Assembly (NCBI GenBank): GCA_964016885.1
Contig: OZ024745.1
Location: 98,580,001 to 98,644,000, forward strand
Length of the DNA: 64,000 nucleotides
Direction of reading: 5' to 3'
From: Eledone cirrhosa
Taxonomy: Eukaryota
Numbering within the stretch: position 1 is the first letter of the stretch; each line of letters opens with the position of its first letter. The translations under genes were made by a program, and so were the position numbers. A model generated the notes under the pieces. The model worked only from the letters and a program-made list of their open reading frames with translations, made no database searches and was not told the origin of the DNA. Shown here piece by piece: positions 1 to 11,532 of the stretch.

Positions 1-236
1 CTATTTTGTTATACATACATACACTACATACACACATACGTAAAACAGTTGCAAAGGGTTATATAAAGAGGGTAGCGAATATATTTAATTTCGTGGTATG
101 GCCGTGAGAGAAAGCGCTTAGTTTTGAGTACGTCGATACATCTGAACTATAAAGTCGAAACGGCAAGAGCTCAGTCGTCGGGCCCCGACTCTTTCTAATA
201 TGTATGTGTGTGTGTGTATATCTATATATATCTATC

Positions 237-309
<73 letters not shown>

Positions 310-311
<2 letters not shown>

Positions 312-663
312 GTGTACCCAGGCATTTGTAGTCCCGAGATTCGTGGTCCCGGTTATTCGCGGAATTTTCCTTATAATTTAACTAATAATTACTCGTGGAA
401 ACCACCGCAGATTTTTTTAAAGGCTTTTTTCGTGGCAATATATATATTTTTTAACACTAAATTATTAATAACAATATAACGTCTTCGCCGGCCTATTGGA
501 CGCCCTTCGCATAAGACGCTCCCTCTTTTTTTATTAGATTTTACGTTATATTTTTTACGTTTATAGGCATTTTTATGGACCACGTCCAATATTTGCGGTT
601 TTTCACTCTTTTCACTCTTCTCGGGTGCTCTAGGAACGTAACCTCCCGCGAATACCGGGGGAC

Positions 664-667
<4 letters not shown>
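310..667. mobile_element. Tigger/pogo-like MITE remnant inserted in (TA)n
   Basis: Right end reads (reverse complement) TA-TAGTTGTCCCCCGGTATTCGCGGG, Tigger/MER2-like terminus; related GTCCCGGTTATTCGCGG near the left end; flanked both sides by (TA)n. Confidence 0.5.
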
Positions 668-716
<49 letters not shown>

Positions 717-721
717 CACAT

Positions 722-798
<77 letters not shown>

Positions 799-895
799 TT
801 TAGGACTAACCAAAGAGTGCTTAGAAATACATTGTTTTATTAGCTAACAGTGTTATATATATATATATATATATATAATATTTGTATTTATTATG

Positions 896-964
<69 letters not shown>

Positions 965-1596
965 TATAGTTCAAGGAAACAACAGAGGTACAAAAAGTTT
1001 TATTCGTTTCATGCTTTATATGGAAACGAGGAAAGAAGTGCGTGTGTTCGCCCCATTAACCTTAGCAATTGTCTTCAGTATACCTACACATAGTCCTATA
1101 TATGAACATACACGCAAGTTTGTATTCGTCCACGTGAGGAATGAAAAGCATTATTTGAACTATTATATATGAAAGTATTAAGCCATTAAAAGGGTGATGT
1201 GGTGGAGAGACTACGACATGACACAAAACGGTAGGGTGCCACCACTTTTAATATCACAGACATTAAGGTTTTTGTTGTTTGACTTCTGAGTTCAAATGTC
1301 GTAGGTTCGACTAAACCTTATGACTAACTGATCTCTCTTTGTCTCTCTCTCTCTCTCTCCCTCGCTCTCTCTCTCCCTCGCTCTCTCTCTCCCTCTCGCT
1401 CGCTCTCCCTCTCTCTCTCTTGCTCTCTCTCTCTCTCTCTCTCTTGCTCTCTCTCTCTCTCTCTCTCTCTCTTTGTGTGTATATATATAATTATACACAC
1501 ACACACACACACACACACATATAGATACATATATATAACTGTATGCAATCGCCTCCTGTATCTTGTTCGTTCATTTTCAACTATATATATATATAC

Positions 1597-1625
1597 TAGC
1601 AGAATGGCCCGGCGTTGCTCGGGAT
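1597..1625 (-). mobile_element. Helitron 3' terminus fragment
   Basis: ACTAGCAGAATGGCCCGGCGTTGCTCGGG = reverse complement of CCCGAGCAACGCCGGG hairpin + CTAG-T, same end as elements at 3363-4329 and 15159-16053. Confidence 0.6.
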
Positions 1626-1741
1626 TTGCTCTAGAGTTCTTATATATTTGATATATATTTATCCTTATCGAGCCTCGTGAAATAAATACGTTTGTTTATA
1701 TTTTGTTATTGTGTATGCAAAAATATCTGTACACGAATATA

Positions 1742-1809
<68 letters not shown>

Positions 1810-1993
1810 AAACCTGTTAGTTCTTTCGTATTGTGTGTTAGATTTTGCCTACCACAATGATTAATTTGTCAAGCTATTTAAACGTATGTTATTACTCTAA
1901 GGACCTACCCTTGTCGAGTGCTTTGCTAACTCATTCATATCGTAGGTCCAATTTGCTTGCACACCGCCAAAGATTCGATTTTACTAAGCCTCC

Positions 1994-2055
<62 letters not shown>

Positions 2056-2089
2056 AAATAAAATAAATAAGTCAAATGTTTAAAATTTG

Positions 2090-3070
2090 GCTTCGTTTAT
2101 TACTGCTATATATATTTCGGTGACAGCCATCTATGGCTGTGACCTCTTCAGGCAGTCCGAATTAGTGTGGTAGAGACGAGTACACATGTTGTTGAGGTGT
2201 ATAACTTTGTCAATACTCTGATATGCCCAGTTCCTGGTTGGGTTGTTATTTCACTGAGGAACTGGAATCATATGAATTCAAACAAACGAATTTCAGCGTC
2301 AAAGGGCCTCTTCTCCTCTCATTGGTCAGTTGTTAGAACATTCCTCAGTCAAAAGTCTATAGAAATTCGTTCTGAGGCAAGCCAATCTGTAGTTGTTGTT
2401 CTTGTTATTGTTAGGTACATCTGACCTCTATTCTTGTGTTGGGTAGTAGTGTTATTGTTGGAGTCAGCTCAAAAAAAAAGTGATAAAGTGGTAGAAGGAA
2501 TAAGATGGTAAAGGAACAAAATAAAATAAAATAATCGAATAAAATGTGTGTGTGTGTTATACCCATCTCAATGTTATAAAGATTTGTAAGGTCAAACTTC
2601 CCATTGGTCAGTTTTGAGAGCATTCCTCAGTCCAAAGTCTATAGAAATTATTTCTGGGGTGAGGCTCCCTGTAGTGTTTGTGTTTGCTATTGTTAAGTAC
2701 ATCAGACCTCTACCCTTATTTTGGTAGTGTTGTTGGTGTTGTGGTCAGCTTATGTCTTGCTGCTGCTGACAATTTAGAAGTATCTGTGTGTGTGTTTCTT
2801 CATCCCTCCTGCCACCATCTCCCGTGGTGGTGGTGGTGGTGGGGGGTTTATGCCATGAATATGAAGAAATAGAAGGCAATAAAATGAAGTAAGCAGAAAA
2901 TAAATAATAGATAGAGAATAAATGAAAAATTAATGAAAAGGTAATGAAAAAGTAATGAAAAATGAATATGGAAAATGAAAAATGAAAATGAAAAATGAAA
3001 TGGTGGCAGGAGGGATGAAGAAACACACACAGAGATACTTCTAAATTGTCAGCAGCGGCAAGACATAAGC
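2090..3070 (-). mobile_element. Putative Penelope-like element pseudo-LTR remnant with internal direct and inverted repeats
   Basis: Carries the hammerhead + polyA signal; diverged direct repeat (~2320-2470 vs ~2601-2750, CATTGGTCAGTT...CATTCCTCAGTC.AAAGTCTATAGAAATT); ~70 bp inverted repeat (2748-2820 / 3000-3070). No GIY-YIG/RT coding sequence recognised. Confidence 0.45.
2102..2156 (-). ncRNA. Minimal type I hammerhead ribozyme (Penelope-like element type)
   Basis: Minus strand: ACUGC-CUGAAGA-GGUcACAGCCAU-ag-AUGGCUGUcACC-GAAA-UAUAUA-UA-GCAGU: helix I ACUGC/GCAGU, intact CUGANGA and GAAA core, long helix II, short palindromic helix III, AUA cleavage triplet; AAUAAA immediately downstream. 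Confidence 0.85.
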
Positions 3071-3362
3071 AAACAATTTAACCTAAAATGGGATATAATA
3101 GTACTGCCCCTGCATATTTCCAAGGACAGAAATTTTGTAGATTGTATAATATGGAAATATTTTGTATTATGAAATCCAAAAATATTTTATTAAATAACAG
3201 AATAGAGCGATCGTTATACTGTAACCGTCGCTTGAAATCTACATGTTCATATTACAAACGCTACTAGGATTGAACGCCTGTCTCCATCTCCGTTTGATTG
3301 TCAAAATACATATTAATATTCTCCATTAGTTTTAATTCTATCAACACTTCTATTCTTTATCA

Positions 3363-4329
3363 TCTATATATATAAAACTGTGGTTGTCTGTCTGTCTATC
3401 GATTTTTGGCACACATCTCCTCTTAGAATCTCTCACGGAATTGCACCGAAATTGCTAGACTTGTACATTGAGCCCTAGCGAAGACATCGGGAAAAAAAAT
3501 TTCAAATTGACCCACCCTATGTGACGAAATCGAATATAATGTATCGATTTTTGAGCGTAAGTTATCAGTTATTTCCCTTTGTTCTGTTTACATTGAGCGT
3601 CTTACGTAAAAAATTACGCTGGCTTTCTCAGCGTTTAAAATGACATTAACACAATACACGAACAGACAGTTGTCGAGCCAGCAAAATATTGACCTGCAAA
3701 ATTCATCAGTTCGAACACTAAGCTTCCGTTTTGCTTCATTTCCATTTAAAAGCATTTTAAAACAATATTTTTACTTGAAAACAAGTCTATTTAAAGACTA
3801 CGTAAAACAAGCAAATATTTCGTCGTTAGGCGTGCAGACAGACAGTCGTGCAGACAGACAGTCGTGCAGACAGACAGTCGTGCAGAGAGGTGATATACGC
3901 GTGCAGACAGATAGTCGTGCAGAGAGGTGATATAGGCGTGCAGACAGACAGTCGTGCAGAGAGGTGATATAGGCGTGCAGACAGACAGTCGTGCAGAGAG
4001 GTGATATAGGCGTGCAGACAGACATAACTGATAATTTGGTTACGCTAATGTTTTTCTCTGCGTTGCAGTGTTTACATTTTCGATCTTTGTTAATAAATAA
4101 CCAGTGCAGTTTTTATCCCCAGCATCCTCTTTTGTTATAACATTCGGGTTATCGTTATGTTTTCTTAACTTCATAAGGCATATTGTTGGTTGAGGGAATA
4201 TTAATCAAAAACACCACATGCAAGTCTGCACAGTAGACACTACAGTTTTTAAGCCAAAAAAGAAACTTAACATTGTAACTTTAACACAGCTACTGAGCGA
4301 CCCCGAGCAACGCCGGGCTTTACTGCTAG
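3363..4329 (+). mobile_element. Non-autonomous Helitron with internal minisatellite
   Basis: A|TCTATATATATAAAAC 5' end, 3' hairpin CCCGAGCAACGCCGGG then CTAG|T, no TSD; internal repeats CGTGCAGACAGACAGT / CGTGCAGAGAGGTGATATAGG at ~3829-4023. Confidence 0.8.
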
Positions 4330-4719
4330 TTTAATATAAAATGCTATAGATAAAATAAGATTTCTCAATTCAATTCCCTAAAGCATATGCCAGCAGGCTA
4401 CCAGCATTGTTGTTATACAGTAGCAGTGAAAATCTCTCTTCCTTACTTGACACCTTATATCTGTATTAATACTACTACACCAAACCACCAGCCCTGTCCA
4501 TTGTTCAACTGGTCAGATATAAATTAAAATAGGCACTCCCAAAATTCTTATTTAGATAAAATAGGCCATATACACATTGTAATCTCATTAAAAACCTTCT
4601 ATACACTTGTTTACCATCAAATTGGATTGCCATATGTCATATACTTTCCCCCTCTCCTCTTCTTTTCTTACAACTAATATAAATACTTTGATTTTTCTGA
4701 TTTTTTCCAATTTATCCAA

Positions 4720-4846
4720 TATCTCTGAAGAAGTGACAACTGGTTATACATTTGCTATCCATTACGTGCTAATATTATATGATTACGCAAGCAGCGATAC
4801 ATAGGTATTCCGTCTGTTACAGAAACATATGTCAATACCTAATAAA
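4720..4846 (+). ncRNA. Degenerate type I hammerhead-like motif
   Basis: CTGAAGA (4725-4731), GTGACA/TGTTAC helix II base with ~75 nt loop, GAAA-CATATG-TC (palindromic helix III, GUC site), AATAAA at 4841; helix I imperfect (TATCT vs AATA) and first helix II pair mismatched. Confidence 0.55.
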
Positions 4847-4880
4847 TTCCTTTATAAAAGCACTTTCATTTGATATTCAT

Positions 4881-4982
<102 letters not shown>

Positions 4983-5417
4983 TAAAAGGAATTCCAACTT
5001 TGTCTGATTTACTCGTTTTATTTACAATCCTTTAAAATTTATAATGGTATTAGAAATGAAATAGTATGGTAGAATATTAAATGTTAAGTGTTAATTGAAC
5101 AAGTACTTTCAGGCTTTCGCAATCTTCAGGTTCATATTCTGTGGAGACAGTCAAGTTTGCAATTTTCGACAGTTAAAAATTGCAAACTTGATGCCTCGGG
5201 ATGTTGTCTCCATTTTGTGCTTATAAAAAAAAATTCGTCGTACATTACCAGGGGGGGGGGGGGTCCGTGTGAAGAAAATCAATACTTTATCGCGGAATAA
5301 ATACTTTTGTTTATATTTTGTTATTGTGTATGCAAAAATATCTGTACACGAATATATAATTATATATATATATATATGGAGGAAGTTATAGTTCACTTAA
5401 AACATTGTGTAATGAGG

Positions 5418-5672
5418 TATAAACGTGTGTATTTGTAAGCCAAAACAATGCAGGTATGGACATAGAATAAAAAATGCAAATGCAAAAGATATTGTTGACA
5501 ATTAGTGTTTTACCTTAGATTTATTTAAATGTCCTTAATTTTCGAGAAAAAATTACGGACATTTAAATAAATCTAAGGTAAAAGACTAATTGTCAACAAT
5601 ATGTTTTGCATTTGCATTTTTTATTCTATTCATACGTGCATTGTTTTGGCTTTACAAATACAAACGTTTATA
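5418..5672. repeat. ~250 bp near-perfect palindrome (foldback MITE-like)
   Basis: Arms of ~115 bp (TATAAACG...GATTTATTTAAATGTCC / GGACATTTAAATAAATC...CGTTTATA) around a ~20 bp centre; right end abuts (TA)n. Confidence 0.8.
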
Positions 5673-5779
5673 TATATATATATATATATATTAAAATAAC
5701 AGATTAAAGTTTAAGCAAAGAATCACTGCTTTCACCCGTAACGGGATCTTCTGAAACTAAAATAAAAAACATCAATCTG

Positions 5780-5979
5780 NNNNNNNNNNNNNNNNNNNNN
5801 NNNNNNNNNNNNNNNNNNNNNNNNNNNNNNNNNNNNNNNNNNNNNNNNNNNNNNNNNNNNNNNNNNNNNNNNNNNNNNNNNNNNNNNNNNNNNNNNNNNN
5901 NNNNNNNNNNNNNNNNNNNNNNNNNNNNNNNNNNNNNNNNNNNNNNNNNNNNNNNNNNNNNNNNNNNNNNNNNNNNNNN
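5780..5979. other. Assembly gap (200 N)
   Basis: Run of N. Confidence 1.
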
Positions 5980-6072
5980 GTGTGGGGAAAATGTGTCTGT
6001 CCTTCAACATAGACAGGCAATACAGACTTGAAAAAAGACCAAGACATTTGACCGGCATACTTGTATGCATGT

Positions 6073-6105
<33 letters not shown>

Positions 6106-6380
6106 TATATATATATATATAGAGAGAGAGAGAAAGAGAGATATATATATATATAGAGAGAGAGAGAGTTATTGTTCTGGTTGATTGTGTGAGTGTTTGT
6201 ATTTTACTGGCAACATAGACAGGTTTTTACTAGTAATAAGAATAATTGTTTCTACTATAGGGACACAAGGCCAACAATTTGAAGGGGAGGGGAAAGTCGA
6301 TTAAATCGACCCCAGTGCATTACTGGTACTTTCTTTTATCGGCCCCGACCATAATAACAATTATAGTTATCCAGATGCAG

Positions 6381-6417
6381 TTATAAATAGTAACTATTAA
6401 ATGAACTGATAAGATCT
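6381..6417 (-). CDS. Candidate terminal coding exon of unidentified host gene (..QDLISSFNSYYL*)
   Basis: Acceptor CTTTTACTTTCAG on minus strand; phase-2 join to exon 7980-8072 gives an open frame to TAA at 6381-6383. Confidence 0.4.
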
Positions 6418-7194
6418 CTGAAAGTAAAAGTACCAAAGAATTTCTGTTGGGAATCTTGGAGAAAGATTATTGGAATCTCTATCAAATGTCAAATTTCTTA
6501 GCTCTTAATATCCTGTACCACATGAAACCACATTAGCAAGATATTCTTGAAAAGTAAAAAGCAGCACACGAGACATTGAAGTCTTTAGTTTAATACTGCA
6601 ATTTTTCACAATGATCTGTCCATTAATAAAGGTGCTTTGATGATGATCATCATCGTCATCGTTTAAGGTCCACTTTCCCTGTTAGCAAGGGTTGAACAGG
6701 TTTTCAGTACTGAAGCGGGGCTACTGACTTCCCAAACAGACTGAGGGATTTACATCTCGGTTACATATGGTCATACATTCTATCGAGAGCATAGAAGTTG
6801 TTGTGTCTTTTGACACCAACTGAAAAGCCCTGCCAACTCCTCTTGTTTTGGCAAGCTTTCTACAACTGGATGCTCTTCCTTTACACCAACCACTTTATGG
6901 CATGTACTGGGTGCTATAAACATCTGAATTAACAAACCTGTTTTCAGATATTTTCTGCTAAATCATTACAGAATGTTAAGAGTTAAACATTGTTTAAATA
7001 ACAAATTCAAACAATGTAAGTTAAAAAGGTTCTCTAGTGATAATTATATTAAGATATTGTAAGTATGCCATTATAACTAATTGCCAGATATTTCTTCAAA
7101 TTACTTTCATTGGAATCATAAACTTATAACTAACAATATAGATTAATGTTTCAAGCTGTGAAATTAATATTCATCAATTATACAGAAGTTTATC

Positions 7195-7940
7195 TCCTCC
7201 TTCTTCAGCCACTTATTCCTGAGAGGGTGATGAGGGCAGAGTCCTCTAACACTCCTTCCAGCGGGTCAGGTCAAAAACAACTCTGACCAGCCAAGTTCAT
7301 GGATGTTATCCAACCATCTTGCTCAGGGTCTACCCCTGGGTCTCTTGCCAGTTGGTTTTGCCAGTAAAATCTGTCCAGTGATCGTTCCTGAGACATTCTA
7401 ACCCCATGCCCATAGTATCGGGGCTGTGATCTCTCCATTCGAAGAAGTAGCAGCTCTACCTAGAGTTTCTGATCTCTGAGCTATGCACTTTATCAAGTAA
7501 CATTACTCCAAAGAGCCTTCGGAGGAACCCTATTTCGGCTGCTTGTATTTGCGATCATATTCTTTCGGTCATTACCCAAGATTCATGACCAAAGGTAAGG
7601 GTTGGCACAAATACTGAATTGAAGATAGCGAGTTTGGCTTTTATTCCTCTCTCCCCAACCCTGACTTCTGATTACTTAATGCTGAAGCTGGCACATTTAC
7701 TGCTCTAGCTCCTGCAATTTTTGCACTTAATTCCGTCTCCTGCCTTTCATCACTCATGAACATGGCCCCGAGATACTTGAACTTCTCTACCTGCTTCAGT
7801 GGAACTCCATTCACATGTAGAGTGCACTGCGCAAGCTTCCTTCAGAGGACGAGTGTCTCCATTTTCACAGTACTGATTTTCTTCCAGCCATGCAGCACTT
7901 GCATCAAACATATCAAGTGAATGTCAAAGATCATCTTTTG
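7195..7940 (-). mobile_element. Decayed RTE LINE 3' fragment, Rex3/Expander-like
   Basis: Minus translation AKLAIFNSVFVPTLTFGHESWVMTERI*SQIQAAEIGFLRRLFG..DKVHSSEIR..ELLLLRMERSQ..PTGKRPRGRP; 3' end GGAATAAGTGGCTGAAGAAGG; no PHD insert. Confidence 0.75.
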
Positions 7941-7979
7941 TCAAGAAATTTATAAGAGAAAATAGAAAATACCACTCAC

Positions 7980-8072
7980 TGAGTTTTTTCTTCCCCTTCA
8001 TCCACCACTTTCTCAAAAGCAATGAGTTTTTCAATTTCCTTCATTGTATTGTAAATTCCAGAAGCATGTTCT
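7980..8072 (-). CDS. Internal coding exon (93 nt, phase 2-2) of unidentified host gene: EHASGIYNTMKEIEKLIAFEKVVDEGEEKT
   Basis: Acceptor TTTTGTTTTTAATCTTTCAG, donor GTGAGT, open frame, phase matches neighbour across a 113 nt intron. Confidence 0.75.
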
Positions 8073-8185
8073 CTGAAAGATTAAAAACAAAATATAAATA
8101 TAATGTAGGCTTAATGTGTCATATATCATCATAGAGATAGACTAAGGAAATAGAATAAATTCCATTATAAACAATAATATCTTAC

Positions 8186-8236
8186 AAAATATTTTGTGGT
8201 AGTTCTGACACTTCAGCATCATCATGTTCTTCAGTC
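8186..8236 (-). CDS. Internal coding exon (51 nt, phase 2-2) of unidentified host gene: TEEHDDAEVSELPQNIL
   Basis: Acceptor TTATTTTATTTCAG, donor GTAAGA, TT+A forms Leu with next exon. Confidence 0.75.
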
Positions 8237-8298
8237 CTGAAATAAAATAAAGGAAAATAGAAGACTTCATTAAATATGTATATATGTTATATATATAT

Positions 8299-9974
8299 CA
8301 TCATCATCTTCGTTTAACGTCCATCTTCCACGCTAGCATGGGTTAGACGGGAGTTGTCCCACTTGAGGCAAGGTTCGTCGGGTGACTGTGTCTCGCTCAT
8401 ATAGGACTATCTGGCTGGATGCCCTTCCTAACACCAACCACATTTACAGTGTGGAATTGGGAAGTTTTTACCATGTTACCTACACAGCCACATTACAGTG
8501 TGGACTGTGTGTTTTTTTTTTTTTTTGTCGTGACACCTACACGATCTCGATCTCATTATCTCATTTATTTGGACTGGATGTTGTGGTACCAACTTTACAG
8601 AGAGAGGGTGGTGTTAGTGGGAGTGGGAGGATAGGGTTGGGGTAATAGATTGGGGTGTATATTTGGTTAAGAGGTGCCTACTGACTGTAGATTTCACTTT
8701 GTACATAGGCAAGGCGGGTCTTCTGTATTACTGCGTAGCGCCAAAGATCTCGGTCCACTGACATTGTCTTAGAGAGGTGCAAGTGTGTAAGGTTGGAATT
8801 TATCAAATCGTCCCAGGTTTTTCTGGGTCTACCTACTCCGTAACTACCATCAATTTTGATGACCCTGCACTTTTTTTATACAGCTGTTGTCTTTCATGCG
8901 CATCACATGACCATACCAACGTACTCTTCTCTCAAGTAAACAGCATCTGATCCCTCTTATTCCTAATTTCTCACTTAGTTCATTTATGCTTTGCTGTTCA
9001 CGTATATTACTATTACACATCCAACGGAACATGCATGCTTCGTTCCTTTCCAGTCTGTGCAGGTCCTCTGCACGCAATGCTCATGTCTCACTGCCATGTA
9101 TACAGGCATCATACAATCTGCCTTTCACTTTTAGAGAGAAACCTTTTGTGGCCAACAGCGGTATAAGCTCTCTGAACTTTTTCCATCCCGTTCTGACTCT
9201 GGCTACTGTACTTTCAAAACACCCTCCACCACTGCTGATTTTATCACCCAGGTAACGGAAAGTGTCCACTAATTCTATAGAACTATCTGGGCAATAGAAG
9301 GAGCTAGTATCCTGTGGGCACTTGCTACTTATTGCACCTGAGCATCGGCCACATATAAAATCTACGTTCTTAGATAGTTTACCTGTGATCCCACTACATA
9401 TTTTATGTACCCATAGTTTGCATTTGGGACATAAAATGGAATTTCTGCCTACTCCTTTCCTACACACTGAGCATGGCCATTTCCCTCATTTTGATTCTAG
9501 GCCATTCTTCCATGTTTGGAATTTCTTCTCTAGTTCAGCCATAGATTCAGCTATGAGAGTTAGGTCATCTGCGTATAGGAGTACCCATGAGCAGCCGGTC
9601 TTAAAATCCTCTGTTATAGCCTGAAGGGCAATAATAAATAGGAGGGGGTTAAGGACAGAGCCTTGATGAACACCAACTTTTACACTAAATTCTTCACAAT
9701 ATTCATTGTTAATTCTAACCTTACTGACTGTTTCTTTATACATAGCTTGTATAGCTCTCACAAGCCAGTCATCTACACCTAGTTTTCTAAGAGCCCACCA
9801 CATAATGGAGCGGGGTACTCTGTCAAAGGCTTTCTCCAGGTCTACAAAAGCTAAGTAGAGGGGTTTACTTTTAGCCAGGTACTTCTCCTGTAGTTGTTGT
9901 ACAAGGAAAAGAGCATCTGTGGTACTTTTACCTGACACAAACCCGAACTGCATTTCATCTAGATCAATTCGCCT

Positions 9975-9978
<4 letters not shown>
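8299..9978 (-). mobile_element. 5'-truncated RTE LINE (family A), decayed
   Basis: RT motifs AFVDLEKAFDRV, GVHQGSVL, LLYADD, PHD-type finger, [10 protein letters not shown]; internal deletion near 9485; 3' UTR and (GAT)n tail; both ends in (TA)n. Confidence 0.95.
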
Positions 9979-10018
<40 letters not shown>

Positions 10019-10100
10019 AGGAAACAAGAAACAAACAAACAAGATGCAATAACATGAAGTGAATTAGTTTCATGCTTGGAGGAAGAAGAATGAGTTATAT

Positions 10101-10320
10101 ATCTATACATATATATAAAACTGTAGTTGTCTGTGTGTGTGTGTGTGTGTGTGTCCTCATTTTTGCAAAGTCTATACAAATCCACATTTCTACTCCGATT
10201 GTCTTCAAACTTGCATTTATATATTCCTTGTGGTCTAAAGATATTAACTGCAGCTTTCAATTTTCTCTTGTTAAAGTGTAGGTCTATACTGTCTGTACCA
10301 CCAATGAAATATGACCCCTA
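10101..10320 (+). mobile_element. Helitron-like 5' fragment
   Basis: ATCTATACATATATATAAAACTGTAGTTGTCTGTGTGTG matches the 5' end of the Helitron at 3363; interrupted by a SINE at ~10325. Confidence 0.5.
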
Positions 10321-10669
10321 CATAATAATTGTTTCTACTTTTGGCACAAGGCCAGCAATTATCCCAGTGTATTACTGGTACTTTATTTTATCGACCCCGT
10401 AAGGATGAAAGGCAAAGTTAACCTCGGCGGGATAATAATGAAGTAAAAACTCTACCTCCAATACAACGGAGAAATAATAATACTGAAGAGAAATAATGTG
10501 GAGCAGAAAACAATTTAAATATCATCAATAGATATTGATTGAATCCCTGGCATTGCATATGTGGAGACATGTGTTGCCAGCATGTATCAAACAACACTGG
10601 AAATATCAAACAAAACAAACAACAGTAACAATTCAAGGTAAACAGTGTTCACATGACCAAAGATCTGTG

Positions 10670-11035
10670 GGACACAGCATGGTTGAAAGCTTAAGTGATT
10701 CTCTTTGCAATCATTAAGTCTTGGGCATAGCATCTAAGGCAAGTACCATACACCATAGCCTTGGGTCAATCCATTCCTTGTGAGTGAAATTGGGTAGATG
10801 GAAACTGTTTGGAAGCCTGTTGAATATACTATACCTGTAATTTAAACAACTAGCTTAGTCACACACAGTGTCATGCTCAATCTCACTGAGAATTATGTTA
10901 AGAGAACATGTATCTGTGGAATGCTCAGCCATTTACATATTAATTTCACGAGGAGCAGACTGTTCCATTGATCAAAATCAAACAACTGGAACAGTCATCA
11001 TTAAAACTGATGGAGGTCCATTATATGACATAGAA
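10670..11035 (+). mobile_element. Old tRNA-derived SINE (related copies on minus at ~12560-12850, ~19720-20040, ~34530-34830)
   Basis: tRNA-like head and shared body (GTGGA.TGCTCAGCCA.TT.CAC.TTAATTTCAC..GCAG.CTGTTCCATTGATC) recurring in the window. Confidence 0.55.
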
Positions 11036-11532
11036 CTAAGTTCAGTAATCATAACCAAACAGCAGCCCATCTGGTTTTTTTAATGAGATGCATAATGAAA
11101 AAATATCTTGAAGTTTTTTTAGTAGTGTGACCAGCCCTATGACGAGCCATATCTCATGCAGCCTACTTGAAAATGGTTTCCTATGCTAGCTCAACAATGT
11201 CACATAATATGCTAGAATCAGAAGCCAAAAGCTTAAGGGAGGGTGAACACATTGGATAGTATAGTCTTAGATACACTCTGCCTAAAGGAAGGACAAGATG
11301 ATGATGGATTGAGTGGTTTTGGTCATGGGTGACTTGGAGCTATACAAAAGAATACAGAACAAAAATATGAAGAAAAGGTCAACTACCATTCATAAGACAG
11401 ACAGAGTTTTTTTGTTTTTTTTTAAATTAGTTTAAATAATCATTAATCAGCCAGGTGAAATTGGAACAAGTAGAATTTACCTAACAGCACAATATAATGG
11501 ATGCTGTAGTAAGAATGGATGGAGCACCTTAA

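Noticed and set aside
995-1080. Minus-strand CTGAAGA...GAAAC hammerhead-like spacing
   Set aside because: Helices I and III cannot be formed convincingly.
5700-5750. Alternative terminal exon (acceptor TTTTAGTTTCAG; QRSRYG* or EDPVTGESSDSLLKL*)
   Set aside because: Adjacent to the N gap, phase ambiguous; exon at 6381-6417 fits more simply. Not excluded.
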